A stretch of 64,000 nucleotides of DNA from Coriobacteriales bacterium (GTDB taxonomy: Bacteria > Actinomycetota > Coriobacteriia > Coriobacteriales > Atopobiaceae). Under the pieces are notes generated by a model. That model worked only from the letters and a program-made list of their open reading frames with translations, was not told where the DNA came from and searched no databases. Location of the stretch: the NCBI GenBank assembly GCA_030529625.1, contig JAUMWN010000002.1, forward strand, positions 6,186 through 70,185. Reading direction: 5' to 3'. The first letter of the stretch is position 1, and each line of letters starts with the position of its first letter. Both the position numbers and the translations under genes were made by a program. Shown piece after piece: positions 55,843-64,000 of this stretch.

Positions 55843-57783
55843 ATGCCATACAAAAAGCTCTTCTCGCCCGCGAAGATCGCAAACCTTGAGCTCAAGAACC
55901 GCATCGTGATGCCTGCGATGGGCTGCTCGTTTGCCGAAAGCTCGGGCGAGGCTGGTCCCCGCATCATCAAGTACTACGCCGAGCGCGCCAAGGGCGGCAC
56001 GGGGCTCATCATCACCGAAATCACCCGCATCGACGACGAGACCGGCGTGGGCACACCCAACCAACTTGCCGTCACCAAGCCCTTCGTAATCGGGCAGCTT
56101 TCCAGGCTGGTCGAGGCCGTCCACGCCTACGACACCAAGCTGTTCGTACAGCTCCATCATCCCGGCAACCAGACCCCCAGCAGGCTGATCGGCGGCAGAC
56201 AGCCGGTCTCCGCCTCCGATGTGACCTGCAAGATCATTGGCGAGCAGCCCCGTGCGCTCACGACCGAAGAGGTCGAGGAGATGGTCAAGAAGTTCGTCAC
56301 CGGCGCGGTCATCGCGCAGAAGGCCGGTGTCGACGGCGTCGAAATTCACGGTGCTCACGGCTACCTGGTGAGTCAGTTCCTATCCCCACACACCAACAAG
56401 CGCACTGACAAGTACGGCGGCAGCTTCGAGGGTCGCATGCGCTTTGCCACAGAGATCATCATGGGCATTCGCACCTACTGTGGGCCGAGGTTCCCCATTG
56501 GCATCCGCATGAACGGCAGCGACTACCTCGACGACGGCATCACCGAGGAAGAGGCCATCGCGCAGGCAAAGTACTTCGAGAAGCTGGGGGTGTGCTACAT
56601 CAACGTCAGCTGCGGCACCTACGACTCCGGCTCCACAATTATCGAGCCAAACTTCTTCCAGGAGGGCTGGAAGAAGCACCTCGCGGCCAACATCCGCAAG
56701 GAGGTGTCGATCCCGGTCATCGCGGTCTGCAACATCAAGCACCCTTCGGTTGCCGAGCAGCTTTTGGAGGAGGGCGTCACGGACTTCGTCGGCATCGCTC
56801 GCGGTAACCTTGCCGATCCCGAGTGGGGCAACAAGGCGAAGCGCGGCGAGGACAGGCTCATCCGCAAGTGCCTCGGCTGCATGGAGTGCTTCCGCATCCT
56901 CAACGACGGCCTACCGCTGGGCTGCACGCTCAACCCCGTGCTCGGCCGCGAGTTCGAGTGGGGCGACGACCAGCTGGTCAAGAATGGCGACGGCCGCACG
57001 GTTGCGGTCATTGGTGGTGGTCCGGCGGGATTCGAGGCGGCCCTCACGCTGCGAAAGCGCGGATTCCGGGTCGTGCTGTTCGAGGCGAAGGACCGCATCG
57101 GCGGCACGGTAGCGCTTGCCGCGGTGCCTCCCTGCAAGGCCATGCTCGGTGAGCTCATCGACACGATGGAGGCGCAGCTTGAGCAGGCGGGTGTCGAGGT
57201 CCGTCTGGGCGCCCCAGCGACGGTCGAGGCCGTGCGGGAGACTGGTGCGGAGGCCGTGTTCATGGCCGCCGGAGGCAGGCCCATCGTGCCCACCATCCCC
57301 GGCATCGAGAAGGCAATCACCGCCGAGGACGTGCTTGCGGACAAGGCGAAGGTGTCTGGCGACGCTGTTATCATTGGCGGAGGCGTGACTGGCCTCGAGA
57401 CGGCCGAGACGCTTGGCAAGGACCACAAGGTCACAGTCGTGGAGATGCTCGACAAGGTTGGCGGCAACCTCTACCCCAGCATTACGATGCACCTCGCGCA
57501 GGAGATTGTGAAGGCAGGTGGCTCCATCGCCAAGGGCAAGCAGCTCGTGTCTGTAACGGACGAGGGCGTTACCGTAAAGGGCACCAAGACCGGGGAGAAG
57601 ACCGCCATCCCCGCGCAGACCGTGATATTTGCGATGGGCGTCCGCCCGAACCGCCCGGAGTACGAGGCGTTCAAGGACGCCTTCGACAACAGGCTCATCC
57701 TCGTCGGCGACACCGCCCGCCCGGGGCAGATCTTCGATGCACTGCACAGCGGGCACGACCGAGCGTTCGTCTACGGGACGTAA
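55843..57783 (+). CDS. Second OYE-domain + 4Fe-4S + FAD/NAD(P) oxidoreductase paralog
   Basis: RBS AAGGAGG. Motifs are HGAHGYLVSQFLSP, CLGCMEC...C and AVIGGGPAGFEAA. 646 aa. Confidence 0.85.
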   Translation: MPYKKLFSPAKIANLELKNRIVMPAMGCSFAESSGEAGPRIIKYYAERAKGGTGLIITEITRIDDETGVGTPNQLAVTKPFVIGQLSRLVEAVHAYDTKLFVQLHHPGNQTPSRLIGGRQPVSASDVTCKIIGEQPRALTTEEVEEMVKKFVTGAVIAQKAGVDGVEIHGAHGYLVSQFLSPHTNKRTDKYGGSFEGRMRFATEIIMGIRTYCGPRFPIGIRMNGSDYLDDGITEEEAIAQAKYFEKLGVCYINVSCGTYDSGSTIIEPNFFQEGWKKHLAANIRKEVSIPVIAVCNIKHPSVAEQLLEEGVTDFVGIARGNLADPEWGNKAKRGEDRLIRKCLGCMECFRILNDGLPLGCTLNPVLGREFEWGDDQLVKNGDGRTVAVIGGGPAGFEAALTLRKRGFRVVLFEAKDRIGGTVALAAVPPCKAMLGELIDTMEAQLEQAGVEVRLGAPATVEAVRETGAEAVFMAAGGRPIVPTIPGIEKAITAEDVLADKAKVSGDAVIIGGGVTGLETAETLGKDHKVTVVEMLDKVGGNLYPSITMHLAQEIVKAGGSIAKGKQLVSVTDEGVTVKGTKTGEKTAIPAQTVIFAMGVRPNRPEYEAFKDAFDNRLILVGDTARPGQIFDALHSGHDRAFVYGT

Positions 57784-57868
57784 TCGCCCACATGGCAAGG
57801 AGCTGCCTCCGAGCGGCTCCTTATCAGCCATACTGGCAACCCGCAAGGACAAGACAAAGAAGGAGACA

Positions 57869-58225
57869 ATGGCATTAATCACGAGCGTGCTGGCGACCCT
57901 AGTTGCCCTGGAGTTTTTCTTCATCATGTATTTGGAAACCATCGCGACCACATCGGACCTCACGTCCAAGGTCTTTGGGATGGCCAAGGAGGAGCTTGCG
58001 CGGAAGTCCGTGAGCACCCTATTCAAGAACCAGGGCGTCTACAACGGGCTGATTGCCGTACTGGTCCTGTTGGCGGTATACGTGTTCGCCAGCAAGGCGG
58101 CCGTGATAGTGCTTATGTGCTACATCATCCTGGTCGCGCTGTACGGCGGCGCCACGAGCAGCCCAAAGATCATCCTGACGCAGGGAGGCCTGGCCATCCT
58201 CACGCTCATTTCCTGCGTATTTTAG
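57869..58225 (+). CDS. DUF1304 family membrane protein
   Basis: 118 aa, 4 TM segments, with FKNQGVYNGLIA. Confidence 0.65.
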   Translation: MALITSVLATLVALEFFFIMYLETIATTSDLTSKVFGMAKEELARKSVSTLFKNQGVYNGLIAVLVLLAVYVFASKAAVIVLMCYIILVALYGGATSSPKIILTQGGLAILTLISCVF

Positions 58226-58264
58226 GACCATATAAGCGCAAGGGGGGTCTCGCGCGCGACCCCC

Positions 58265-58612
58265 TTATGCGTCGAGCCACTCCTCGCCCCAGGCCTTCAT
58301 GGCGAGCAGGACCTTATCGAAGGCGCGCGCCTTGTCCGTGAGGGAGTACTCCACCGTCACGGGCACCGTGGGCCTGGCCTCCCTATGGACGATGCCGTTT
58401 TCCTCCAGGTGGCGCAGCGTGTCGGTGAGCGACTTGGTGCTCACGCCAAGCGCCCGCTGCAGCTCGTTAAAGCGCATGGTTCCCACGTGCAGCTGCTCCA
58501 GCACCAAAAACGACCACTTGCCCGAGAAGACCTCTGTGACCCCGCGCACGCTGCGCAGACACACGGCGTCGTAGGCCGCGACCGGCTCGACACCCACTCT
58601 CTTCTCCGCCAT
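58265..58612 (-). CDS. HxlR-family transcriptional regulator
   Basis: FSGKWSFLVLEQLHVGTMRFNELQRALGVSTKSLTDTLRHLEENGIV...VEYSLT. Confidence 0.85.
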   Translation of the reverse strand: MAEKRVGVEPVAAYDAVCLRSVRGVTEVFSGKWSFLVLEQLHVGTMRFNELQRALGVSTKSLTDTLRHLEENGIVHREARPTVPVTVEYSLTDKARAFDKVLLAMKAWGEEWLDA

Positions 58613-58625
58613 GGACACCTCCTTT

Positions 58626-58652
58626 GAGAAAAGGGGCCAGACCCCTTTTCCC
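58626..58652. repeat. GGGAAAAGGGG-type hairpin inside a divergent promoter region
   Basis: GAGAAAAGGGGCCAGACCCCTTTTCCC lies 14 nt upstream of the hxlR-like ATG. Confidence 0.6.
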
Positions 58653-58788
58653 ACTTTCACTCTTACGCTTTAGAGTATAAAGCAGCTTTAGGTCGTGAAA
58701 CGAGCTGTGTGATAAGTGCGTTCTTTACGTTGCAGCACCCGTGGTGCACACTCTGTTGCAGGACAACCGAAACAGATGGGAGCATCAC

Positions 58789-59565
58789 ATGAGCAACGTG
58801 GCACCGGTAGTGTTTTGCGGGCACGGGTCGCCCACCAACGCCATCGACGCGAGAAGCCAGGCCCGCGTGGGCTGGCGCGAGGCCGCGGCACGCCTTGGCA
58901 AGCCAAAGGCCATACTGGCGGTCTCGGCACACTGGGCGACGCGTGGCACCTGGGTGAGAACCGCGGCACAAAACCCCCAGATCAACGACATGTACGGCTT
59001 CCCAAAGGAGCTCTATCAAGTCCAATACAAGCCGGCGGGCGCGCCGGAGGTCGCCATCCGCGCGCTGGAACTTCTGGGAGAAGACGCGCAGGGCACCGAG
59101 GAGTGGGGCATCGACCACGGCGTATGGTCGGTCCTGTGCAACATGTACCCCATAGCCGATGTTCCCGTGGTCATGATGAGCACCAACGTTAAGGCGAGCA
59201 CCGAGGAAGCCTTCGCCCTAGGACAGCGACTCGCGGCGCTTCGCGACGAGGGCGTGATGATTCTTGCCAGTGGCAACGTGGTACACAACCTCGAGCTCGT
59301 GGATTGGTCTAACGCGAAAGGGGAAGCTTGGGCGGACGCCTTTGACTCGACAATCCGCGACGCCGTGACCCAAGGGCGGTTCGACGTGGCCCTGGGCTAC
59401 CAGGGGCTCGACGACTGGCAGCTAGCCGTCCCCACCAACGAGCACTACCTGCCCCTGCTCGTGGCACTCGGCGCAGTGCGCGTGGGCGACCACGTGGGCG
59501 TGTTCAACGACTACCGGGAGCTCGGCTCGATGTCCATGACCTCCTACGCCTTCTGGCAGGAGTGA
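58789..59565 (+). CDS. Class III extradiol dioxygenase (LigB/YgiD, 4,5-DOPA dioxygenase-like)
   Basis: VVFCGHGSPTNA...SAHW...IDHGVWSVL...SGNVVHNL. Confidence 0.8.
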   Translation: MSNVAPVVFCGHGSPTNAIDARSQARVGWREAAARLGKPKAILAVSAHWATRGTWVRTAAQNPQINDMYGFPKELYQVQYKPAGAPEVAIRALELLGEDAQGTEEWGIDHGVWSVLCNMYPIADVPVVMMSTNVKASTEEAFALGQRLAALRDEGVMILASGNVVHNLELVDWSNAKGEAWADAFDSTIRDAVTQGRFDVALGYQGLDDWQLAVPTNEHYLPLLVALGAVRVGDHVGVFNDYRELGSMSMTSYAFWQE

Positions 59566-59607
59566 CGCGACGCTCTCCAACCCACATCCGTACTCGGGAG
59601 GCAGTCC

Positions 59608-61350
59608 CAATGCCACGGACTTAAGCTTTTCAGCACGACCCCCCTTCGGGCCGGCGGTCCGAACATCACCCGAGCGCTATTTGGTTGTGCTGGGATTCCC
59701 TGTGGCATCACCCGTCCCTTGGCTGGGGTCGGCTTCGGTGTCTTCCGGCCCGGCGGGTCCTGGACCGCCAGTGCCGGCGTGGTTGCCGGCGCCCGCGCCC
59801 GCGACGCGGGCGTGCGGCGCTCAGCCGCGGTAGGGGAAGCTCGGCGGCCTCTGCGGCCGCTTTCGCCTGGGGGCCTTCCTCCCGCGTCGGACGCTGTGGG
59901 CGTGTCGCGCGCACACGGCCTCGAGGTCGACGCGCCGGCCGAGCATCTTGCGCCTCATTCCCCGGAAGGCCACCGACCTGTCGGTCGCCCGCTCGTGCCT
60001 GGGGCCCGGCTCCGGGTCCGGTATGTCCGCCATGCCCAGCGAGCAGCAGTTGTAGCAGACGATGCTGCCCCACATCTCGTGGGCGGCGAGCCTCGGGTCG
60101 CGGGTCCTCGGGTCCCTCATCCCGACGTTGTGCTTGAGGTCGCGTATCCTCAGCTCGACCTTCCAGCGGACGCGGTAGATCTCCTCGAGGTCGGAGGGGG
60201 CGAAGGCGTCCCTGGGGAGGTTCGTGACGAGGTTCAGCCAGCGGTCCCCCTCCTCGTTGGGGTCGCCGTCGTCGGCCGGCAGCGCGACCCTCACGACGCG
60301 CAGGCGCATCGGGTACTCGGCGAAGGAGCGGTCGGGGATGGCGTCGAGCGGCGTGCGGCCCTTCACGACCCTGTACAGCCCCGGCTCGTCCGGCCGGCTG
60401 CGGTGCGCCACGCTCCTGGTCTTGGTCGCGATCACCTCGACGTCGAGGTCGAACTCGCCCTCGGGCGCCCCCGCGCCCAGCAGGCCCTCGGCGCGGGAGT
60501 CGCTGGCGCGTATGCAGAACGAGGCGCCGGCCTCGATCATGTGGCAGAAGACGTTGAGGGTCGCGTAGTTGCGGTCGGCGGCCCACAGCGCGGCCAGGCG
60601 CGTGCCGTCGGGCGCGCGCCCCGGGTAGAAGCGGTCGACGATCACGTTGAGCGCGGCCGGCTCGTTCGACTTCCTGGCGCCCTGCGCGACCGCGTCCTCG
60701 AAGGTGTCGCGCACGGGGTCGTAGGCGAGGGTCGGGTGCATCTCGTTGTGCCAGAACCTCCCGACCCCGTTCCTGATCCTCGTCGACTCGTCGTCCGAGG
60801 CCGGCATGGGGATCCCGGTGCCGTCGGCGAGCATCAGCCTGTAGGCGCCGAGGTACGGCACGACGTCCCACTTGCGCAGGAACGTCGAGTTGAGGAGCCG
60901 CATCGCGCCGTCGTTGAGCTTGCGGCGGGCCTTGCAGTATGAGGAGACGCCCGGCGTCCCCCCCGTCCAGCCGAGGTGGTCGAGCAGCTCCGTCCCGATG
61001 GAGTGGCAGTCGCGCGTGACCAGCGCGTGGAGCAGGCTGCCCAGCGGCAGGAGCCTGCGGCGCGTGAAGTCGCGGGTCGGGTCCACCGCGCAGAGCCACG
61101 GCTGCGCGGCGACCTCCGCGATCGACCGGTCGAGCCGGTGGACCGAGAGATCGGATGCAAGCATGGTTGGTACCTCCGTTTCCGTTGTCGTCCGGGTGCC
61201 GTGCGGCATCCCCACTTCAACGGCCCGGAGGGCCGAAAGCACAATTTTATTATAAAACGTTGACTATTCCGCAAGCGGTAGGCTCAGGGCCGCAGGCGGC
61301 ATGCCACTTGCGGCCAATACAGTTTGAGTTAGCTTAAGTCCGTGGCATTG
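59608..61350 (-). mobile_element. Complete IS4-family insertion sequence (1743 bp) with 20-bp perfect terminal inverted repeats and a 9-bp target duplication
   Basis: The inverted repeat CAATGCCACGGACTTAAGCT lies at 59608-59627 and, inverted, at 61331-61350. AGGCAGTCC is duplicated at 59599-59607 and 61351-61359. GC content is clearly higher than in the flanks. Confidence 0.85.
59821..61164 (-). CDS. IS4-family DDE transposase
   Basis: MLASDLSVHRLDR start follows GGAGG. The YREK-type signature is YRVRWKVELRIRDLK. 447 aa. Confidence 0.85.
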   Translation of the reverse strand: MLASDLSVHRLDRSIAEVAAQPWLCAVDPTRDFTRRRLLPLGSLLHALVTRDCHSIGTELLDHLGWTGGTPGVSSYCKARRKLNDGAMRLLNSTFLRKWDVVPYLGAYRLMLADGTGIPMPASDDESTRIRNGVGRFWHNEMHPTLAYDPVRDTFEDAVAQGARKSNEPAALNVIVDRFYPGRAPDGTRLAALWAADRNYATLNVFCHMIEAGASFCIRASDSRAEGLLGAGAPEGEFDLDVEVIATKTRSVAHRSRPDEPGLYRVVKGRTPLDAIPDRSFAEYPMRLRVVRVALPADDGDPNEEGDRWLNLVTNLPRDAFAPSDLEEIYRVRWKVELRIRDLKHNVGMRDPRTRDPRLAAHEMWGSIVCYNCCSLGMADIPDPEPGPRHERATDRSVAFRGMRRKMLGRRVDLEAVCARHAHSVRRGRKAPRRKRPQRPPSFPYRG

Positions 61351-61411
61351 AGGCAGTCCTCCCGAGTACGGATGTGAGCATCACCGCCGTCAAGCGTTAG
61401 GTTATCTCGAC

Positions 61412-62833
61412 TCAACGTGTCGCCACCCCAGTGACTCCGGCAACGCGGCCAGCTTCCAGGCGGAGCACGCACGTGCAGCACCGTCGCACCAAGTCGGGGT
61501 CGTGCGTAACCACAAAGACGCTAGCCTTGCCACGTAGCGACCGCAACAGCGCCGCGGTGCGCTCCATGCTGGCAAAGTCCATGCCGCTCGTGGGCTCGTC
61601 AAAAACCAGCAGGTCCTTGTTGGAGAGCAATGCCGATGCTACGGCCACGCGTTGCTTTTGGCCGCCCGAAAGGCTCATGGGATGTCGGTCGGCAAGGTCT
61701 GACAGCTCGAGCGCCTCGAGCATGTTTGCAACCTGCTCGTCGCCCGCGTCTGTTCCCAGTCGCAGCTCCTCGTCGACCGTCTCGCAAAACAGCTGGTGGT
61801 TGACATCCTGCATGACCATGTAGGAATGCTTGGCAAGTGCACGCCTCGTGCGCCGCACGCCACTTGTCTCCACACACGCCTTGCTCTTGCGTAGCTGTCC
61901 GCACAGGCTCTTGGCAAAGGTGGACTTGCCCGCCCCATTGGACCCCACCACCGCAATCACCTCGCCTGCAGGCAACGCCAGCTCGTCTATGTCGAGCGCC
62001 TGGACACCCCCGTACGCATACCGAAAGTCGCGCAGGGTCATGTGCCTACCAGCACCCGAGGCATGCCCCGCGTCCATGGGAACGAAGTCCGAGGGCGCGT
62101 TAATCGAGCGCAGGCCATGCACACGAAAGTCATCATCTGTGAATCGTGCAAAATCCTCCATGGGAAGGTCGAACGCAACCCTGCCGTTCTTCATGCACAC
62201 CACCCGGTCGCAGACGTCGCGCAACCAACGCAGGCGATGCTCGGCAATAACGATGGTCTTGCCCCTCGCCTTCCACTTTCTCAGCTGGCCGGCAAGGTCG
62301 TCAATCGAGGCGAGATCGAGGTTGGAGCTGGGCTCGTCGAGCACGAACACGTTGGGGTGAAGGGCAGCAACCGACGCACAGGCTATCTTTTGCTTTTCCC
62401 CGCCAGACAACGCAAACAGGCTGCGCGAGAGCAGGTCCTCGATTCCCATGTCGTTGGCTGCCTCGGCCACCCGCAAAAGAATCTCGTCCTTGGGCATGCC
62501 CAGGTTCTCGCAGGCAAAGGCCAGTTCGCTCGTGCTGTCCACGCAAAAGAATTGGCTGCGCGGGTTTTGGAACACGCTGCCCACCACGCGGGACGTTTCG
62601 TACAACTCCGCGCGGGTGACGTCCAGGCCGTCAACACAAACGCTTCCCTCCATGTGGCCTTCGTAGTAATGCGGGACAAGTCCGTTTATAAGACGCGTAA
62701 GCGTCGTCTTGCCACTGCCGGATGCGCCGCACAACAGCACGCACTCCCCGTCCCCTATGGTGAGGGAAACGTCTTGCAACGACGGAATCTCGGCCCTGTG
62801 ATACCGATAGCTCACATGGTCTATGGCAATCAC
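61412..62833 (-). CDS. Fused double ATPase of an ECF/ABC transporter (EcfA1-A2-like)
   Basis: Two Walker A sites (GASGSGKTT, GSNGAGKST) and two signatures ([18 protein letters not shown]). The GTG start overlaps the upstream stop as GTGA. Confidence 0.85.
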   Translation of the reverse strand: MIAIDHVSYRYHRAEIPSLQDVSLTIGDGECVLLCGASGSGKTTLTRLINGLVPHYYEGHMEGSVCVDGLDVTRAELYETSRVVGSVFQNPRSQFFCVDSTSELAFACENLGMPKDEILLRVAEAANDMGIEDLLSRSLFALSGGEKQKIACASVAALHPNVFVLDEPSSNLDLASIDDLAGQLRKWKARGKTIVIAEHRLRWLRDVCDRVVCMKNGRVAFDLPMEDFARFTDDDFRVHGLRSINAPSDFVPMDAGHASGAGRHMTLRDFRYAYGGVQALDIDELALPAGEVIAVVGSNGAGKSTFAKSLCGQLRKSKACVETSGVRRTRRALAKHSYMVMQDVNHQLFCETVDEELRLGTDAGDEQVANMLEALELSDLADRHPMSLSGGQKQRVAVASALLSNKDLLVFDEPTSGMDFASMERTAALLRSLRGKASVFVVTHDPDLVRRCCTCVLRLEAGRVAGVTGVATR

Positions 62834-63585
62834 AACAGCACTCCAATCGGACCCACAAAAAAGACGTCGGCGACAAGCAGCGCCCAAGGAATCACGCATA
62901 GCGCCAAGAAGAGACAGTCCTGCGGCCTAAAGCCAATCTGGCAGATGTTCGTGCGCCTTGCGGTGCCACCAAGGCCGCGGGTGAGCGCTGCGGCAGAGAG
63001 CTCTTCGCCAATCCTCGCGCAACACGTCATAAGTGGCACCATGCGATACTCGATCGCCTTGGCCGCGTTTTTCCCGCCAAGACGAACGTCGCGCATCCTC
63101 ATGGCACAGCCAATGGAGGCAGCCTCGTCGGCAACGGTAGGAAAGAACCTAAACATCACGGACAGCGGTATTATCACCTTCTCGCTCACGTGCATCCGCT
63201 GCATGGCAGCCGTAAACTCGCTTACGGTAGTGGTGCTCATGAGGTATGCGCCCATGAGGATGCTTGGCAGGAAGCGATTGAGAATGGCACAGCTACCCAG
63301 CACGACAAACGCCAACACACCGCTGAGGTATGGGCTTACAAAGCGCATGAGCAAGGCAGACCCAGCGTAGGCGGCCAAACCAAACGCCGCCCACCGCCAC
63401 TTGCTCGCCAAGAGCAGCAAGAGGTACGGAAGCAACAGGACAAAGGGCAGCACCTTGTCCACGGCAGCGCCCCCTGCCCCTCCCAGGCCAAACACGGCCA
63501 CGGTAAAGAGCAGGAAGAGCTTGGTGCGAGGGTCCAGAACAAGTCCACCTCGCTGTCCCTCAAGCAAGAGCGCCGACGAGGCCAT
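62830..63585 (-). CDS. ECF transporter transmembrane (T) component, CbiQ/EcfT family
   Basis: About 5 TM segments with AMRMRDVRLGG (Arg-rich coupling helix region). Confidence 0.75.
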   Translation of the reverse strand: MASSALLLEGQRGGLVLDPRTKLFLLFTVAVFGLGGAGGAAVDKVLPFVLLLPYLLLLLASKWRWAAFGLAAYAGSALLMRFVSPYLSGVLAFVVLGSCAILNRFLPSILMGAYLMSTTTVSEFTAAMQRMHVSEKVIIPLSVMFRFFPTVADEAASIGCAMRMRDVRLGGKNAAKAIEYRMVPLMTCCARIGEELSAAALTRGLGGTARRTNICQIGFRPQDCLFLALCVIPWALLVADVFFVGPIGVLL

Positions 63586-64000
63586 TAGGCAATCCCCGCC
63601 CGTTCAAAGTGCTTCTTGAGCAGCTTCTGGCCAAGCAGGGCACCAAGTGCGCCACACGCAAAGCATGCAACAAGGATGAGGGGCGCGGTCCAGGGCTGCA
63701 TAACGGCCGTGAGCGTGCTTATGTATTCCTGCCCAAATGACTGCCTCGTGGAAAAGTATCCCTCGATGTTAAGGTAGAGCGGTATGTAGTTGCCAAATAT
63801 GAGCAGGCACAAGGTGGCATAGCTCAATATGCTCTTCGTCGCGCTTGCATAACCCCCGCTTCTTGCAATGCAGTCTGCCAAAAGGCCAAAGACGACGCCC
63901 AGGATGGCTGGCCAAAAACCCATGCCCGTAACAAACAGGAACAGACCAATAATAATACCCATGATGGTGATCATGCCAAACTTCTGTACCTTCGTGTAGA
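63585..64000 (-). CDS. Putative ECF S-component (MptD/Trep_Strep-like), 5' end outside the window
   Basis: Hydrophobic protein whose stop overlaps the EcfT ATG (TAATG). The frame stays open to the window edge. Confidence 0.55.
   Translation of the reverse strand, partial: YTKVQKFGMITIMGIIIGLFLFVTGMGFWPAILGVVFGLLADCIARSGGYASATKSILSYATLCLLIFGNYIPLYLNIEGYFSTRQSFGQEYISTLTAVMQPWTAPLILVACFACGALGALLGQKLLKKHFERAGIA

Noticed and set aside
59708-61099. Two >400-aa ORFs overlapping the IS4 transposase gene in other frames
   Set aside because: Their Arg/Pro/Gly-rich translations have no motifs. Only the 59821-61164 frame shows the DDE/YREK transposase signature and an RBS.
1-64000. tRNA or rRNA genes, prophage or integrative island, retron or DGR
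   Set aside because: I found no cloverleaf-like or rRNA-like segments by eye, and no integrase, reverse transcriptase, capsid or terminase genes. A tRNAscan, Infernal or HMM run would be needed to be certain.

Overview
High-GC (about 60%) chromosomal segment of a Gram-positive actinobacterium. The gene content and repeat style look like Coriobacteriia such as Collinsella, but this is an unverified guess. I support about 55 protein genes. All family names come from reading motifs in the supplied translations; no database search was run.

Gene content:
- Transport: an amino-acid ABC transporter, an ABC ATPase with a giant FtsX permease, an AEC family transporter, MscS, and an ECF module.
- Envelope: the amaP-DUF2273-asp23 stress operon, an LCP (LytR-CpsA-Psr) ligase, an acyltransferase-3, and two paralogous ChW-repeat surface proteins.
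- Redox and small-molecule metabolism: two 4Fe-4S OYE (Old Yellow Enzyme) / 2,4-dienoyl-CoA-reductase-like flavoenzymes, a flavin reductase, a 2-hydroxyacid dehydrogenase, a GltD-like protein, a Zn-ADH and glgB.
- Defence or mobile genes: a lone GmrSD-like DUF262/DUF1524 protein, a hipBA module, and one complete IS4-family element.

I do not see a convincing new multi-gene system. The signals most worth a second look are:
1. A coding-strand G10 tract frameshifts one ChW surface-protein paralog exactly where the other paralog is in frame. This is either a phase-variation contingency locus or a homopolymer assembly error.
2. Two AT-rich islands (25.8 kb and 50.1 kb) share the same nested inverted-repeat architecture and an identical 13-nt core, but carry different arm sequences.
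3. Several interspersed palindromic repeat families are present. One shows compensatory variation between copies, and one is split by the IS4 copy with a 9-bp target duplication.
4. An FtsX permease carries 8x13-aa and 9x14-aa acidic tandem repeats.
5. A DtxR/MntR-type regulator lies next to two related palindromes and a terminated leader upstream of that ABC/FtsX pair.
6. The region 42-51 kb is dense in gene remnants, frameshifts and one in-frame stop.

Many long ORFs in the six-frame track are antisense shadows typical of high-GC DNA and were rejected.
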